From positions 20,637 to 84,636 of the forward strand of contig CAYMAZ010000003.1 of the NCBI GenBank assembly GCA_964388575.1: DNA of 64,000 bases, written 5' to 3'. Numbering within the stretch: the first letter of the stretch is position 1; the number at the start of each line of letters is the position of its first letter. The DNA is from an uncultured Bacteroidales bacterium (lineage in GTDB: Bacteria > Bacteroidota > Bacteroidia > Bacteroidales > DTU049). Below are positions 10,401-18,189 of this stretch, piece by piece. Under the pieces are notes generated by a model. That model searched no databases, was not told the origin of the DNA, and saw only the letters and a program-made list of their open reading frames with translations. Both the position numbers and the translations under genes were made by a program.

Positions 10401-10653
10401 TACTATCTTCGATCATACACATAATTGAATTCTGTGACAACCCACGTTGAATTTTTACGTATTCTGTCCCGTATGAATCAAGATGAATATTTGAGTAACC
10501 CTGGGCAATCAGCAGGGTATCTGCTGTCAACATAAGGAAAATTGATAAAAATAAGTTGAGTACATAAAGTTTTAACAAACCTGTATACTGACCTGCAAAA
10601 GACTTTAAATCTTTGGGAAATTTCACATCTATACCTGAACAAATGAACATCAT
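7408..10653 (-). CDS. Sensor histidine kinase with periplasmic beta-propeller repeats, Y_Y_Y domain and LytS/YehU-type kinase core
   Basis: Repeated W(I/V)GT.nGL propeller motifs. Y_Y_Y-like segment (YSYKLEGFDNDW...GKYTFRVRGTNSDGLWSE). A TM helix, then LQMNPHFLFNTLNSI (LytS-type His kinase) and an ATPase region (VEDNGIG). I moved the start to the MMF.. Met at 10653 to avoid a 46-nt overlap with the upstream gene. Confidence 0.87.
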   Translation of the reverse strand: MMFICSGIDVKFPKDLKSFAGQYTGLLKLYVLNLFLSIFLMLTADTLLIAQGYSNIHLDSYGTEYVKIQRGLSQNSIMCMIEDSNGFIWIGTWDGLNRFDGYDFVIFKPGLNSNISNISNATVNALLEDSDGKIWVGTDDGLNVFNPKEMVFRTFKNVIDNDIPMGENQILSLAEGKNKEIWVGTANGLFLYNRHTESLKFIAFPVNKLLKKPLTIFSLFRSNNSDHMWVGTNIGLFRFNIHTNRYQCFSLANSTVPAAPVTALFEDSRQNVWVGTEQGLYVNRNTGETFGFQCVDDIRLSSNHILSFMEDMTGNVWIGLLGGGILIYYPESEEYSFFGNNDELNNGLTNTSVYSLLKSKNGTIWIGTWRGLNKFTPGQFRFNHFSFGQGAGFLNSNMIWSFLEISPDLIWVGTENGINSFSKSRNSFSSVTKSSGHGVIPPSDKIRATYRDSRERIWIGTFNAGVVCYDPKTSTNTYYNANADNIAQNILGNGIWGIVEDGYDKSIWLATNGGVSRLFEDGTMKHYTHDPGDLTSISNNQVYGILRDSKNNIWIASFSGIDIYDRKNDSFSRFGAELKAKQRLKTNRILSIFEDSEGQMWFATMGEGVSRFNPKTGEMTTITEKEGLSNNTVYNVVEDLSKNIWLTTNQGISKINPENMNVWNFDIRDGVQGHEFNLGAAKMISSGEILFGGMNGFNIFNPDQLQENEYDPRIFVTKLNVLNQKRFDLLRDQDAIELTWWENYFTLEFAALDYTNPKKINYSYKLEGFDNDWIYVPSDKRYADYTNIPPGKYTFRVRGTNSDGLWSETELSVFITIHAPFWKTIWFKILTALILTFLIWLIVNNQVRKIRRKQEIDRKIFEFEKNVFELQQKVLHLQMNPHFLFNTLNSIQSFILKNEAENAISYLSKFSNLMRLILYTSRTPNVVIADEIKLLQYYCEIEALRFDHIFEFEIRVDPEIDDEFTAIPSHMVQPLIENSIKHGLIHKEEKGVVNVSFTQFEDYVIIIVEDNGIGREKASEIQKRQKLQVSNQGISITKERLNIFNRQFENDIFGLEYSDIFDDDGLLCGTKATLIVPFFDV

Positions 10654-10667
10654 TTTATAATCTTTAA

Positions 10668-11333
10668 CTACTCTGACATTTTCTGCCTGCCAGAAAATAC
10701 ACCCTGATTCCAACTGACAACTTCCCGAACAGACCCGTCTTCATTGAACCAAACTTCATCACCATGCTTTTCGTTACGGGCATAGGGTGTTTTGACCAAT
10801 GTATCGGAAGTATTCAGATGAAAAGAAACATGAACCCCGTTTCCTTTGCTGTATTTTCCATTTCCGATCAATATCCCGCTGGAATTATAATATGCCCAAT
10901 CCCCCTCATAAAAATCATCCAGAAAAGATCCTTCAAGTTTTAATTGTCCGTTTTCATGATATTCCACATATTTTCCATTCAGTTTTCCCATATTATAATT
11001 TAGTTCCATCTGAAGTTTTCCGTTTTCGAAATACTTCAAAGCAGATCCATGCAAGGTATCATTGACATAATTCTCAACACGCTCAGGTTCTCCGTTAAAA
11101 TACCAGGTTTTGAACAATCCGTTCAATCTGTCATTTTCGTATGTACACATGATTTGCTTACTTCCATTTACGTAGTAATAATTTGCTTCTCCGTTGCGGT
11201 AAGAATTTTTGTAAGGAATCTCAGATTTAACTTGTCCGTCTGGATAGAACTCCCGCTTCATATTGTTACAGGACAAGAAAATGCTTCCCAGCATAATTAG
11301 AAACAATAAATATAACCTATTTATTTGATTCAT
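10668..11333 (-). CDS. MORN-repeat-variant (YwqK-like) protein with signal peptide or lipobox
   Basis: 221 aa. Repeated G.Y..YY.NG / G....Y..NG motifs (NGEANYYYVNGSK, NGKYVEYHENGQLK). N-terminal LGSIFLSC. Confidence 0.7.
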   Translation of the reverse strand: MNQINRLYLLFLIMLGSIFLSCNNMKREFYPDGQVKSEIPYKNSYRNGEANYYYVNGSKQIMCTYENDRLNGLFKTWYFNGEPERVENYVNDTLHGSALKYFENGKLQMELNYNMGKLNGKYVEYHENGQLKLEGSFLDDFYEGDWAYYNSSGILIGNGKYSKGNGVHVSFHLNTSDTLVKTPYARNEKHGDEVWFNEDGSVREVVSWNQGVFSGRQKMSE

Positions 11334-11338
11334 TTTCT

Positions 11339-13681
11339 CTACCCCTTTTTCAATTTAAAATACATCACTGTTCCGCTTCTGTTCGTTTCTTGAATTTCCA
11401 GCTTACTTCCATGGTACATAAGAAATTCGTTACAGATGATCAAGCCCAGCCCTGAACCTCTTTCATCTTCAGTTCCTGGTTTTGTTTGCGGCATGTATCC
11501 GTGAATATGCTCATCCATTTGTTCTTGGTTCATTCCTTTTCCTGAGTCTGAAATGTAAAATACGTAATCACCTGAATGCTCTTCTGAATGGATGATAACT
11601 TCAGAATCTTTAAAGGAAAACTTCAGGGCATTGGATAATAGATTGCCAATAACCGTTGACAACATAACCTTATCTGCAAGCACAAATGTATGTTGTTGAA
11701 TTAAATTCTCAACTGTTATGTTTTTATTTTTTGCAAAAGTTGTATACAACCCGGCTACATCCTGAGTCAGTTCTTTCAAATCAAGCATTTCAGGATGGAA
11801 AGTTATTCTGCCTCTCTGAACCATTGACCATTTCAGGAGATTCTCAAGTAATATGTTGATTTTGTCAGTAGTTACCTCAAGTTCTTCTGTCAACTGAGTA
11901 ATGTCCTTTTTCGTCATTTTTTGCAAATCGCGTTTCATCATTCTGACAAAACTCACCACAGACGAAAACGGGCTTCTCAGGTCATGTGAGATCACAGAAA
12001 AGAGCCTGTCCTTCATTGAAGAAATTAATTTGTATTTTTCTTCGGATTCCCTGTGCAGCTGATTTGCTTCTTTCAGTGACTCATTCAGTGTTTTCAGTTC
12101 CAGTTTTTGGTTTTCAAGATGCAGATTCATCTCAATTAATGCATGATTTGAGGCTTCAATTTCAAGACTTTTAATTTTCAGCATCCTGTTGGTTTTTCTA
12201 TACTTTGATATGATATAAAGAAAAATTAGAATCACAATGATAAGTGCCATGATTCCAAAGATGAGCAATCTTTGCGTTGATAGCGCCCGTCTTTTTTCAA
12301 GTCGCTGAATTTCATTGGTTTTTCTGAGCAATTCCAGTTCTCTTTCTGAATTTGTAAATTCAAATACTGATTGCAACATCTGAAAGTTCGTATTTTCAAG
12401 GGACATGTTAAACTTTTCAAAATGTTCCTTGCTGATTATCAGGTATTTATAAGCATTCTCGTATTGACCAGATAAATGATAAGCTTTAGATAATTTCTCA
12501 GTAATATCTGAAATTAAAAGCACATCATTGGTTTGATCTGCAATTGAGTAACTCTGCAATAAAATTTGAATAGATTTATTGTGGTTTTTTGTTAACAAAT
12601 AAAAATTTCCGATATTTTTCAGAGCTTCAGCCTCCATTCTTGTATCCTGAAGTTCTTTTGCAATATTGAAATTCATGTCAAGATAAGCCATGGCTTTGTG
12701 CACATTCTTTTGAAACATATGCAGATTGGCGATTTCCTTATTGATCGAAATGATTCTTGGATAATTTCGTTCCTGTTCTGCAAAGGTTTTTGCTCTAAGA
12801 AAAAAATTTAATGCTTTGTTATAATGTTTGAAGTTTTTATATACTATCCCGGTTTCTGTCAAAGCTGCAATCATTCCATCATTATTACGAAATTCTCTGA
12901 ACAGGTCATAGGCTTTAAGGAAGTAACTAACTGATTGCTGTAGATTTTTGTTGTCTCTGTATAAAGTCCCAGTCTTAATATATAATATAGGCAGGTATTC
13001 TGAAGGGTTCCCCTTTTCTGCATAAGATATGGCCTGAAGATAGTGGGCCAATGCCTTTTGTTTCTGATTCAACAAAGTATAAATCTGACCAAGATTGCCA
13101 AGAGAGAGGACAAATTTCTCCTTATTTTCAAAATTTTTACTGATTTTGAATGCCTCAAGCCCAAAATGTAAAGCCTGATAATATTCATTATGCGACTGGT
13201 ACACAAGGCTCAATGTCTGGTAGGTATCGTGAAGTCCTATTGTGTGGTGGGTTAATGTGTAAAATTTCTGTGCTTTGTCAAGATAAAATAATGCATTTTC
13301 TCGGTCACCAATCAGATTATGTGCTTTTCCAAGAATGAGAGAGATGTCTGCTATTTCCGGGAGAATATGATCTGTTTCAGCAAAATTTAATGCCCTTTTT
13401 AAATGAAAAATTCCCTTTTTATAGTTCTTCTCCTGAAAATGCAAAGCTCCCAAATTCTGATGGGTTTTCATTATCCCTCTTCTATATTCTGTTTCTTGTG
13501 CAATCGCCAGTGCTTTTTCCAGTTTTTTAATAGCTGCATCAGGATTTGAAAGCATGGTCTGTAAGGCAGATGAATTCAGTTTGATAACCAAAGCTGAATC
13601 ATTTGCCAGGCTCATCGAGACTAAAAATATTAGAATCACAAAAGAGGTGAATCTTTTCATCACTAAAACCATGGACTTCAA
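11339..13681 (-). CDS. TPR-repeat sensor histidine kinase (HisKA + HATPase_c)
   Basis: 780 aa. Long TPR-like N-terminal region, one TM helix and a coiled coil. H-box FSVISHDLRSPF and ATPase motifs (DSGKGM, GSGLGL). The real start may be the Met at 13660 (MKRFTSFVILIF), because the -7 box sits only 8 nt from 13681. Confidence 0.85.
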   Translation of the reverse strand: MKSMVLVMKRFTSFVILIFLVSMSLANDSALVIKLNSSALQTMLSNPDAAIKKLEKALAIAQETEYRRGIMKTHQNLGALHFQEKNYKKGIFHLKRALNFAETDHILPEIADISLILGKAHNLIGDRENALFYLDKAQKFYTLTHHTIGLHDTYQTLSLVYQSHNEYYQALHFGLEAFKISKNFENKEKFVLSLGNLGQIYTLLNQKQKALAHYLQAISYAEKGNPSEYLPILYIKTGTLYRDNKNLQQSVSYFLKAYDLFREFRNNDGMIAALTETGIVYKNFKHYNKALNFFLRAKTFAEQERNYPRIISINKEIANLHMFQKNVHKAMAYLDMNFNIAKELQDTRMEAEALKNIGNFYLLTKNHNKSIQILLQSYSIADQTNDVLLISDITEKLSKAYHLSGQYENAYKYLIISKEHFEKFNMSLENTNFQMLQSVFEFTNSERELELLRKTNEIQRLEKRRALSTQRLLIFGIMALIIVILIFLYIISKYRKTNRMLKIKSLEIEASNHALIEMNLHLENQKLELKTLNESLKEANQLHRESEEKYKLISSMKDRLFSVISHDLRSPFSSVVSFVRMMKRDLQKMTKKDITQLTEELEVTTDKINILLENLLKWSMVQRGRITFHPEMLDLKELTQDVAGLYTTFAKNKNITVENLIQQHTFVLADKVMLSTVIGNLLSNALKFSFKDSEVIIHSEEHSGDYVFYISDSGKGMNQEQMDEHIHGYMPQTKPGTEDERGSGLGLIICNEFLMYHGSKLEIQETNRSGTVMYFKLKKG

Positions 13682-13688
13682 ATTTTCA

Positions 13689-13696
13689 CAAAGTTA
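13689..13696 (-). promoter_or_regulatory. Bacteroidota -7 promoter box (TAACTTTG)
   Basis: Plus strand reads caaagtta, immediately upstream of the TPR kinase gene. Confidence 0.4.
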
Positions 13697-13804
13697 TTGT
13701 ATTTTTTTAATTTTACTAATCAATCCATTGAATTTGAATCTAAATATCATACAGAACAGAGTATTTCAGACAAGCATGCTCTCCGCCATAATTTCTGAAA
13801 GTAT

Positions 13805-13812
13805 TATCTTTG
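13805..13812 (+). promoter_or_regulatory. Bacteroidota -7 promoter box (TATCTTTG)
   Basis: Exact TAnnTTTG ending 20 nt before the mnmA ATG. Confidence 0.5.
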
Positions 13813-13831
13813 CATAAATATCTGAACAAAA

Positions 13832-14908
13832 ATGAAAGTTTTACTGGCAATGAGCGGAGGACTGGACAGCAGTGTGGCTGCAATATTACTTCAAAATCAG
13901 GGGTATGAAATTGCCGGTGCCACATTCAGGTCATGGGATTATATCTCTGACAACTGCCTTGCAAAAAACACTGGCTGCTGCAGCATTGATGCCATCCATG
14001 AAGCCCAAACATTTGCTCACAACCTTGGATTTGAACATTATATTCTGGACCTCAGGAAAGAATTCAAAGATGTGGTTATTCAGAATTTCGTAAGTGAATA
14101 TGCAGCTGGTCGAACACCTAACCCGTGTGTACTTTGTAATTCAAAGATCAAATGGGGACTGATGCTGGAAAAAGCTGATGAATTGGGGTGTGACTATATC
14201 GCCACGGGACATTATGCAGGAATCAGAAAGGTGAATAACAGAAATGTGCTTGTCAATGCAACAGATTCACATAAAGACCAGACATATTTTTTGTGGCAGC
14301 TTACATCCGAACAACTAGGTCGGACACTTTTTCCTCTTTACAGTTATACGAAATCACAGATCAGGCAAAAAGCATATCAGAAAGGATTCGTTCAATTGTC
14401 AGAAAAACGCGAAAGTCAGGAAATATGCTTTATCCCTGATAACAATTACAGAAATTTCATCAAAAATGAATTTCCTGAAATGATTAAATCCCTTAAAGAG
14501 GGGGATGTCATCGATGCTACCGGCAGGGTGATAGGAAAACACAAAGGATTTCTGAACTACACCATCGGACAGAGGAAAGGTCTTGGAATTTCAATGGGAG
14601 AGCCTGCCTACGTAACTCATATTGATCCTCAAAGCAATACGATCAGGCTTGGCCAAAAATCAGAGCTACTGACTGATACATTAACAGTCAGAAATTTTAT
14701 TCTGAACAAATATACTGAAATCCCCAAGCAATTTGAGGCTGACGTAAAAATCCGATACAATACACAACGTGTTCAGGCATTGATTGAAAATCAGGGAAAC
14801 ACTTTGTCGGTCAGGTTTGAAAAAAAAGTTTCTGCTGTCACACCCGGGCAATCAGCGGTATTCTATCAGGAAGATGAATGTATCGGCGGGGGCATTATTC
14901 AACAGTAA
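13832..14908 (+). CDS. mnmA: tRNA 2-thiouridine(34) synthase MnmA
   Basis: 358 aa. PP-loop motif LAMSGGLDSSVAA, NPCVLCN and ATGHYA motifs, all typical of MnmA. Confidence 0.93.
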   Translation: MKVLLAMSGGLDSSVAAILLQNQGYEIAGATFRSWDYISDNCLAKNTGCCSIDAIHEAQTFAHNLGFEHYILDLRKEFKDVVIQNFVSEYAAGRTPNPCVLCNSKIKWGLMLEKADELGCDYIATGHYAGIRKVNNRNVLVNATDSHKDQTYFLWQLTSEQLGRTLFPLYSYTKSQIRQKAYQKGFVQLSEKRESQEICFIPDNNYRNFIKNEFPEMIKSLKEGDVIDATGRVIGKHKGFLNYTIGQRKGLGISMGEPAYVTHIDPQSNTIRLGQKSELLTDTLTVRNFILNKYTEIPKQFEADVKIRYNTQRVQALIENQGNTLSVRFEKKVSAVTPGQSAVFYQEDECIGGGIIQQ

Positions 14909-14919
14909 ATCAAAACAAC

Positions 14920-15462
14920 ATGAGTTTAAAAACTGAAGCTGACATTAAAAAGGAATATGTTATGCATATTGCCACAGCCATGCTGGCAGCAGCACGAACA
15001 GCACCAAAAGCACGCGGAACAGACAGGTTATACCTGGCCATCATTGACGGTGATGAGGTTATGAATTTATCACAGAAGATGAAAGAAATTGCTATCAACT
15101 CAGGACCGGCTTTGTTTGAACGGGATGCTGACAATCTACTTCAGGCTGAAGCAGTTGTTATAATGGGAACAACATATGCCTCACAGGGATTGCAATTTTG
15201 CGGATATTGCGGTTTTGAAAATTGTGAGAATAAAAATCGTTACCCTGATGTTCCATGCGTTTTCAACACTGGTGACCTCGGCATTGCAATCGGTTCAGCC
15301 GTAAGTGTTGCTTTGGACAACAGGGTAGACAACAGAATCATGTATTCTGCAGGTTATGTTGCAGTAAAAACAGGACTGACACCCCCTGAAGTCAGGCTTG
15401 CTTATGCCATCCCCCTGAGTGTGTCAGCCAAAAATCCGTTTTTCGACAGAAAACAGATCTGA
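14920..15462 (+). CDS. DUF2148-type ferredoxin-like domain protein
   Basis: About 180 aa starting at MSLKTEAD. Contains APKARG and the Cys cluster CGYCGFENC...PC. I chose the start at the internal ATG just after the mnmA stop. Ends in TGA at 15460-15462. Confidence 0.65.
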   Translation: MSLKTEADIKKEYVMHIATAMLAAARTAPKARGTDRLYLAIIDGDEVMNLSQKMKEIAINSGPALFERDADNLLQAEAVVIMGTTYASQGLQFCGYCGFENCENKNRYPDVPCVFNTGDLGIAIGSAVSVALDNRVDNRIMYSAGYVAVKTGLTPPEVRLAYAIPLSVSAKNPFFDRKQI

Positions 15463-16218
15463 TTAATTTTTTATGAATTTTTCCATTGAAATCAACAGTC
15501 CATCGACATCCATTGCACGAAGAACATATATTCCTGATTGCAAATGTGAACAATCGTATAATACATCTGAAATGGCAGAGAAGTGATCAACCAATCTTCC
15601 TGAGACATCATAAATCTCAATGTTGGTGCTTCTGTCAATAACAATTGTCAAATCACTTTCTACCGGATTTGGGAAAATGCTGAATCCCGGTATTTCCGGA
15701 TTTTCAATGTCAGTTGATGGACAGGCCTGAGCAATACCACCTGCATTTGTGATCTTTGTTCTTAAAATTGTGTTGTCAATAGGCCAGATATCCTTTTCAA
15801 CTATTGCTTTGTTGGGAGCAATCAGAATCACAGTTGGGTAAGCAGATATCGAATAAGTGCTGTTTATGGAAGACCCCTGAGGAGAACCCGGGATCATGGG
15901 ATAATCATATCCCAGAGCTTGCAAAGCAGAAGCAGTATGAGCGGTGCTCACTGCCATAATGACTACATTTCCGGAGTTACATCCGAAATGAGTATAACTA
16001 TCCTGTACGACTGGGTAGGTCGAAGTACATGTGCCTCATCCAGGCATTGTAAACATAAGCACAACATACTTGTTGTCGTCAAGATAGCTGAATAAATTGT
16101 GGGTAACACCATCTGCATCAGCAGCTGTAAAATCCACAGCTGTGTTGAGCGGAGTCTGTGCCCTTAATCCCAACAATATGAGCATCAATAATGCTGAAAA
16201 AATAAAGGTTCTTTTCAT
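15463..16218 (-). CDS. Thioredoxin-fold T9SS cargo protein with one in-frame TGA at the CxxC position (candidate selenoprotein, UxxC; alternatively a nonsense pseudogene)
   Basis: Track ORFs 16036-16218 (signal peptide) and 15463-15957 (cis-Pro loop AYPTVILIAP plus a T9SS C-terminal domain) are in the same frame. The 26 codons between the TGA and the downstream Met are open. The joined read is ...YVVLMFTMPG-TGA-GTCTSTYPVV..., 251 codons in total. Confidence 0.55.
16004..16029 (-). promoter_or_regulatory. Weak hairpin 7 nt downstream of the UGA (possible bacterial SECIS)
   Basis: RNA is UGUA-CUU-CGAC-[CUACCCA]-GUCG-UACA. That is 4+4 bp with a 3-nt bulge, and the apical loop begins 17 nt after the UGA. 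The loop has no G, so the match to the bacterial SECIS pattern is poor. Confidence 0.25.
16036..16038 (-). other. In-frame UGA codon (candidate Sec codon) replacing the first Cys of a CxxC motif
   Basis: Plus strand reads tca at 16036-16038. It is flanked by CCT GGA (PG) upstream and GGC ACA TGT (GTC) downstream on the minus strand. Confidence 0.6.
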
Positions 16219-16292
16219 AATTTTAATATGTGTTTATAATTTCTACAAATAAACAACAAAATTTTCAAATTATCATAAAAATATTCTTCGGA

Positions 16293-16931
16293 TCAACCTG
16301 CTGGAAAATAAACAGGATGTTTTTCGTTGTAACGAATCAGAAAGTGATAAATCATTTTTTTCTTTCGTTTAGTATTCTGCAATTCATCGTAAAGTTCTCT
16401 ATCATTTTCCATTAAAAACCTGGAAAAATTTCTGTAGTTAAATTCAAATTTTCTGCCTGAATTAAATTCAATTACAAATTCCCTGTTTTCCGCTCGTCTG
16501 TTTGTTCTGTATGCAGGATATCCATAAGAATAATCATAGTAAGGCATTGAATACAGTTCTACTGAATAAAAATGAATCAATGCACCAATGATATGCAACC
16601 TGAAAAAATAACCACTTATCCCCTGCGAGATATAAACATTATTATTTTGTGCGTATCCCCAACATTTTTGGGCATAACATGTTTTCAATACACCTGTGCT
16701 CTCGTCAACACACTGATATTCGAGGAAAACCTCGCCTGAAAACTGAGAACTTCTGACAACTTTAAAATCAGTGATTGAAGGGTTATTTTCTTTGAATTCA
16801 TCAAATGACAGATAAATACCGTTGCGAAAAACAAAGTGTTTGTCAAATTTTTCCTGCTTCAGCAAACCGGTTTCCTGTGCAGTAGCATAACATAATACAA
16901 ACGAAAACATAAAAGATATGAACCACCTCAT
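16293..16931 (-). CDS. Hypothetical secreted protein
   Basis: 212 aa with a signal peptide (FSFVLCYATAQ). I recognise no motif. Confidence 0.5.
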   Translation of the reverse strand: MRWFISFMFSFVLCYATAQETGLLKQEKFDKHFVFRNGIYLSFDEFKENNPSITDFKVVRSSQFSGEVFLEYQCVDESTGVLKTCYAQKCWGYAQNNNVYISQGISGYFFRLHIIGALIHFYSVELYSMPYYDYSYGYPAYRTNRRAENREFVIEFNSGRKFEFNYRNFSRFLMENDRELYDELQNTKRKKKMIYHFLIRYNEKHPVYFPAG

Positions 16932-16942
16932 GTTTCTTATAT

Positions 16943-17338
16943 TCAGGAATTTAGTTTTGCTGTAAACTTTGCCTCATCAATTATATACCTGATATGTCGT
17001 CCTTCTCCGATCAGTCCTTTTTGGTCCCATGCCTTAACTTCAAATTCAAGTTTTTTGCCTTCTACTTTGTCCAGTTTTGCTTCACATCTGACATTCATTC
17101 CGATGGGTGTTGCTTTCAGATGACGGATGCAGACTTCAAAACCAACGGTGGAAAAACCTTCGGGTAGAAACGGCATCACACATCTGTAGCTCGTTCCTTC
17201 CATAAAGGCGATCATTGCAGGTGTTGAAAATACTTCCACAAGACCGGAGTCATAATGTGCTGCAGAATCCCCGGGCATGACTGTTTTCTCTGTTTTGAAT
17301 TCCAGTCCGGGTTGAATTTTTTCGAAATGATGTTCCAT
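16943..17338 (-). CDS. Hotdog-fold thioesterase family protein
   Basis: 131 aa. The size and the pattern (VFSTPAMIAFME...GFEVCIRHLKATPIG...G.H.R) are typical of small hotdog thioesterases. Confidence 0.7.
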   Translation of the reverse strand: MEHHFEKIQPGLEFKTEKTVMPGDSAAHYDSGLVEVFSTPAMIAFMEGTSYRCVMPFLPEGFSTVGFEVCIRHLKATPIGMNVRCEAKLDKVEGKKLEFEVKAWDQKGLIGEGRHIRYIIDEAKFTAKLNS

Positions 17339-17350
17339 TATTCAACAGTT

Positions 17351-17755
17351 TTAAAAATGACAAATCACATTCTGAATTGTATCCGGATGCAAACTCAGTG
17401 CAACTGGGCAGGTTTTTGTTATATTCCTGATAATTGCTTTTTCTTTTTCTGAATAGTTATTGGACGGAAAAAACAGATCGATTTTAACTTCACTGATTCG
17501 GCGTGGATCTGTTCCCATAATTTTGGTCACTTCAGCCCTTGTGCCGGTGATATCAAAACCTGAGCGCTGAGCAAGTATTCCTATGATGGTCATCATGCAG
17601 CTTGCCAGTGATGTTGCCGCAAGATCGGTTGGTGAAAACATTTCTCCTTTTCCCTGATTGTCAGTGGGGGCATCGGTCAGGATGACTGTTCCTGACTGAT
17701 AATGCGTGCATTGTGTTCTAAGATCACCAAGATAGATTACTTCTGACGTTGGCAT
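17351..17755 (-). CDS. OsmC-family protein
   Basis: Begins MPTSEV... and carries OsmC-like motifs (FSPTDLAATSLASCMM ... TKTCPV). I moved the start to the Met at 17755 because an exact -7 box lies 16 nt upstream of it, inside the longer track ORF. Confidence 0.78.
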   Translation of the reverse strand: MPTSEVIYLGDLRTQCTHYQSGTVILTDAPTDNQGKGEMFSPTDLAATSLASCMMTIIGILAQRSGFDITGTRAEVTKIMGTDPRRISEVKIDLFFPSNNYSEKEKAIIRNITKTCPVALSLHPDTIQNVICHF

Positions 17756-17770
17756 AGATAGATTTTTTTT

Positions 17771-17778
17771 CAAAGTTA
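17771..17778 (-). promoter_or_regulatory. Bacteroidota -7 promoter box (TAACTTTG)
   Basis: Plus strand reads caaagtta, 16 nt upstream of the ATG at 17755. Confidence 0.45.
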
Positions 17779-17941
17779 TTGAATTTTTGGGAAATGATCC
17801 CGGTAATTTGCAAATGAGTGAGGACTTTTTTGAACCATAATTGAGCCACATTTGAACCAAATAAGGCATATAAAGTTATATAAGAATTTCATATAAGATA
17901 CTTTGTTTTATTACTGAGAGTGTCTAGAGGTAAGGCATTTT

Positions 17942-17993
17942 CTTTGTGAAAACTTCGTGAAATCTTGGTACCTTGGTGTCTTCGTGGCAAAAA
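17942..17993. repeat. Short-period tandem array of CTTNGTR motifs ending in GCAAAAA
   Basis: Copies are ctttgtg 17942, cttcgtg 17953, cttggta 17964, cttggtg 17972 and cttcgtg 17980, followed by gcaaaaa. Spacings are 11, 11, 8 and 8 nt. Intergenic. Confidence 0.6.
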
Positions 17994-18009
17994 CCGGAAA
18001 GAATAAAAT

Positions 18010-18055
18010 CTCCTGAACTCTCAGTTCCTCCTCTGAGAACTCTGTGGTTAAAAAA
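18010..18055. repeat. Second short-period array (CTCYNNG motifs) ending in GTTAAAAAA
   Basis: Copies are ctcctga 18010, ctctcag 18018, ctctgag 31 and ctctgtg 18040, followed by gttaaaaaa. It includes a 6-bp inverted repeat tctcag/ctgaga. Confidence 0.5.
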
Positions 18056-18168
18056 TGCGGAGATTATCATAAATACTCTTGAGTGAAAATGTTGTTTTCA
18101 ACAAAAAGTCGTGGGAGAAAATCTGAAGTTGTTGATTACCAATGATGTTTATTGTTCGTGATTTTTAA

Positions 18169-18176
18169 TAATTTTG
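18169..18176 (+). promoter_or_regulatory. Bacteroidota -7 promoter box (TAATTTTG)
   Basis: Exact TAnnTTTG ending 14 nt before the ATG at 18190. Confidence 0.45.
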
Positions 18177-18189
18177 AAGAAAAACTTTG

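Noticed and set aside
10654-10713. N-terminal extension of the sensor kinase ORF (MESGCIFWQ...)
   Set aside because: It would overlap the upstream MORN gene by 46 nt. The Met at 10653 precedes the hydrophobic leader and gives a conventional short overlap.
17756-17869. 38-codon N-terminal extension of the OsmC-family ORF
   Set aside because: An exact TAnnTTTG box lies inside the extension, 16 nt upstream of the Met at 17755. OsmC-family proteins are about 135-140 aa.
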